A DNA stretch of 24,803 nt, taken from positions 1 through 24,803 of IMG/VR virus record IMGVR_UViG_3300006226_000014; one strand, written 5' to 3'. Below the pieces are notes generated by a model. The model made no database searches. It saw only the letters and a program-made list of their open reading frames with translations, and was not told where the DNA came from. The stretch is from a virus (taxonomy: Duplodnaviria; Heunggongvirae; Uroviricota; Caudoviricetes). Both the position numbers and the translations under genes were made by a program. Of the stretch, positions 22,529 through 24,803 are shown piece by piece (positions within the stretch are counted from its first letter, which is position 1; the number at the start of each line of letters is the position of its first letter).

Positions 22529-24544
22529 TTATTTATAAAATACATTTAATGTATATTCTGGACTTGATTGAAATACACCGCCTGCATTTGAAAAAATGTA
22601 CATATAATAATTCATTCCATCTATATTAGTATTAAAAGATCTACTGTCAAAACTCATTGGAGTAGTACCAGCTTCAAAATGGTCAACTTCAAAAGGTGTA
22701 ATAAATACCACCCAAGATATTCCATCTAAATAAATTGGTGTTTTTTGAGTTGCTACGGACTCTTCTGTTAATTTTAAGTATCCATCAGGATATTGTTCAA
22801 ATTGGTTACCAACAGCACCTACTAAGTTCATTACTCCATTTTGACCATTTTTTATATAATCAATAAGTAAATCTTCAAGTTGTTGTGCATCATAAGTACC
22901 AAAATTTGTACCAACAAATGTACCTGGAGTAACATTAGGATTATAAACTGATCCAGGAAGAAAATATTCACCATAAAAAAGTTTTCCAACAACTACATTT
23001 GCCTCCATTTTTGCCCAGATTGTAATCGGACCAGTAATGGGTGTAGAAAAGCTCCATGCTGTAGTACAAGCTTTATCTGAATACCATCCACCAAAATCAT
23101 ACCCACTTGGAGGTGTTGGATTACCCGGATCAGATACTGTATTATTATAGTTAACTGAAGTTGATGAAATTGGTGTATCATCTTCCCAAGCAAATGTAAC
23201 TGTATAAGAATTAATGTTCCATCCAGCATAAATTGTAGTATTAGCTTTTATTTGAGTTCCAAAATTAAATGGAGTTGTTAATGCACTAGTTGTAAACCAG
23301 CCTTCAAAGGTATAACCTGTTTTTCCGCTTGCTGGGCCAGGATTAGTTACATTTCCATTATAGTTAACTGTTTGTGATCCAATAGCAGAGCCCCCATCAA
23401 CATCAAATGATACAGTAAATTGTTGTATATCAAATTTACCATATATTGTTGTGTCATTAGTAATGAAAGTATCAAAATCAAATAGAGTTGTAAATGCATT
23501 ATCTTCAAACCATCCGCCAAAATCATAGCCTTCTAATCCAAGATCACCTGGATCACTTACTGTATTTCCATTAGATACGAATATTGTCCAATTTTCTTGA
23601 GTAACCCAAGAACCAAAGGTGCCAACATCGAAGGTAATGCTTCTCATTGCAACACCTTTAGGAGCCCAATAGAGTAGATTATCTTTTACTTGTTTCTGTC
23701 CGCCAACTTCTTCTAATTCAAATTCTAATACATAAGGACCAACTGCTTCACCAAAAATCTCTTTTGGATCTTGCACTCTATATCCATAAAGTGTCATGTG
23801 ATCATTAACGCGTAAATTATCTATGCTTGCTCTTTCAAAGAAGCCACGAGTTGCAATTAAGCGTTCTTCTATATTTACATCACCATTAGTAACATTTATT
23901 CCATCTTGAGCAGTAAGTAATCCAGATATTGTAGCAATACCTTCTAAGGTAGTATTACCACCAACATTTAAGTCACTATCAATATCAACAATACCTCTAA
24001 AATTAGAATCACCAAGTACTAATACAGAACCAGTAATGTCTAATCCATCATTACTTGTTATTTTACCAGTAACAACAAGTGTTCCACCCATTGTAGTATT
24101 ATCATCTACATTTAATGTTCCGCTAATAGTTGCATTACCATTAACTTCTAATCTTTTAGTTATTACTGCAGTTATATATCTGATATCAACTGGCCATTGT
24201 ACACTATAAGTATTGGTATCAGCATTATAGCTATTTAATTCTCTAACAGTAAAGCTTTCAAGATAATTCTCTGAGTCCCTGTTTTCTATTACATCATATT
24301 TCCAACCAGCCTTAACTGCTATTGATGAAAATTGATATCGAGTATCTATAATTCTTAAATCATTTTGACTAAAATCATAGCCCAAAGAATATGATGGTAA
24401 TGGAACACTTAAGTCTAACTTATCGTCATCTTCTAATGACAGTATTAGTTGTCTATCATTTTTAGGATCAATGAAAATCTTAAATTGTAAATCCTCAATT
24501 ACTGCAACATGATTGCGGCCTGCTTCTGTTATCTTATAACTCAT
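22529..24544 (-). CDS. Fibre/adhesin-like virion protein (671 aa) with beta-repeat shaft and three Listeria-Bacteroides repeats
   Basis: Short beta repeats (LEVNGNATISGTLNVDDNTTMGGTLVVTG...), LYGYRVQDP linker, three xxTF...P.P..GY.F.GWF/Y repeats (about 23000-23650), C-terminal domain paralogous to the 1323-aa protein; SD AAGGAG. Confidence 0.85.
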   Translation of the reverse strand: MSYKITEAGRNHVAVIEDLQFKIFIDPKNDRQLILSLEDDDKLDLSVPLPSYSLGYDFSQNDLRIIDTRYQFSSIAVKAGWKYDVIENRDSENYLESFTVRELNSYNADTNTYSVQWPVDIRYITAVITKRLEVNGNATISGTLNVDDNTTMGGTLVVTGKITSNDGLDITGSVLVLGDSNFRGIVDIDSDLNVGGNTTLEGIATISGLLTAQDGINVTNGDVNIEERLIATRGFFERASIDNLRVNDHMTLYGYRVQDPKEIFGEAVGPYVLEFELEEVGGQKQVKDNLLYWAPKGVAMRSITFDVGTFGSWVTQENWTIFVSNGNTVSDPGDLGLEGYDFGGWFEDNAFTTLFDFDTFITNDTTIYGKFDIQQFTVSFDVDGGSAIGSQTVNYNGNVTNPGPASGKTGYTFEGWFTTSALTTPFNFGTQIKANTTIYAGWNINSYTVTFAWEDDTPISSTSVNYNNTVSDPGNPTPPSGYDFGGWYSDKACTTAWSFSTPITGPITIWAKMEANVVVGKLFYGEYFLPGSVYNPNVTPGTFVGTNFGTYDAQQLEDLLIDYIKNGQNGVMNLVGAVGNQFEQYPDGYLKLTEESVATQKTPIYLDGISWVVFITPFEVDHFEAGTTPMSFDSRSFNTNIDGMNYYMYIFSNAGGVFQSSPEYTLNVFYK

Positions 24545-24555
24545 TTACTTGCTCC

Positions 24556-24803
24556 TTATATCTTTTTAGATTTAACATCTATTTCTACATCATTATATGG
24601 CATGTTAAATGTAAATCTTGTAATGCCATCTGAAGGATCACCTGGCCACATAACGAAGTTTGGTAAATCTTGTATTTCAGCTAATGTCTCATCACTAATA
24701 GTATATCCATTTGTAAAGTTCAAATATGGTTGAAGAACTTTATCAGCTTGATGTCGTGATTCAAACGTTGAGTCTGTTCCACCAATTAGGCCTGGGATGT
24801 TAC
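24556..24803 (-). CDS. C-terminal fragment of an upstream structural gene (start outside window); absent from the ORF track
   Basis: Manual translation from 24801: NIPGLIGGTDSTFESRHQADKVLQPYLNFTNGYTISDETLAEIQDLPNFVMWPGDPSDGITRFTFNMPYNDVEIDVKSKKI-stop(24558-24556); FTFNMPYNDVEI resembles the end of divergent InlB-B repeats. Confidence 0.75.
   Translation of the reverse strand, partial: NIPGLIGGTDSTFESRHQADKVLQPYLNFTNGYTISDETLAEIQDLPNFVMWPGDPSDGITRFTFNMPYNDVEIDVKSKKI

Larger units (their letters stand above)
1..24803 (-). mobile_element. Structural (late) gene module of a large contractile-tailed bacteriophage
   Basis: Tail sheath-like and T4 gp6-like baseplate genes plus a fibre array, nearly all co-oriented and tightly packed with AAGGAG-type SD sites and TAATG overlaps; no host housekeeping genes, no integrase in window. 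Confidence 0.88.

Noticed and set aside
22530-22537. Exact T4 late promoter TATAAATA on the minus strand
   Set aside because: Coincides with the Tyr-Lys-stop codons of the 671-aa gene and abuts the SD, leaving no room for a start site before it; likely coincidental.
16413-23229. Alternative-frame minus-strand ORFs 16413-16634 and 22993-23229
   Set aside because: Fully nested in long genes, short, no SD or motif; expected by chance.
13987-24544. Diversity-generating retroelement or invertase shufflon acting on the fibre genes
   Set aside because: No reverse transcriptase, no near-identical template/variable repeat pair differing only at adenines, no recombinase or inverted crossover sites seen; one outside the window cannot be excluded.
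919-24733. Plus-strand track ORFs (919-1212, 1324-1506, 3239-3436, 4086-4292, 8870-9055, 11264-11773, 11329-11568, 15720-15956, 19988-20227, 20044-20367, 20894-21085, 20946-21206, 22187-22381, 24509-24733)
   Set aside because: All lie antisense to longer well-supported minus-strand genes, lack evident SD sites and have shadow-like composition; 11264-11773 coincides with the GC-rich part of the baseplate gene where stops are rarer.
1-24803. Stop-codon reassignment (as in some gut phages)
   Set aside because: Long genes are intact under the standard code with high coding density; TAG (13467) and TGA (4515) act as ordinary stops, and TAG read-through would not fuse to the protease frame.
1-24803. 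tRNA, rRNA or structured ncRNA genes
   Set aside because: Intergenic gaps are short and AT-rich; no cloverleaf or recognisable conserved RNA motifs seen by eye.

Overview
AT-rich, almost entirely minus-strand late/structural module of a large contractile-tailed (myovirus-like, probably jumbo) phage; host, lifestyle and integration status cannot be determined from this window. In transcription order (24.8 kb towards 1): an array of eight or more modular fibre/appendage genes (two carry Listeria-Bacteroides/InlB-B-type repeats), a small hypothetical gene, a leishmanolysin-like (M8) zinc metalloprotease, a T4 gp6-like baseplate wedge protein, a lone plus-strand gene with its own promoter and terminator, a Mor-like activator, a cluster of orphan proteins rich in L-x-E-(A/S) motifs (candidate protease-processed internal head proteins) interrupted by a very AT-rich cobalamin-binding radical SAM gene, a large tail sheath gene with terminator, and two coupled membrane-protein genes. 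Most notable: (1) each fibre gene shares a module with its immediate neighbour (daisy chain); (2) the radical SAM gene is flanked by a degenerate duplication of a T4-CTS-like peptide; (3) a possibly virion-associated M8 protease beside adhesin-like fibres; (4) a recurrent ACTA-(A/T)6-8 element before gene starts, including all four SD-less genes; (5) two probable non-canonical starts (ATT, CTG). All functional calls come from motif recognition by eye; no database searches were run.
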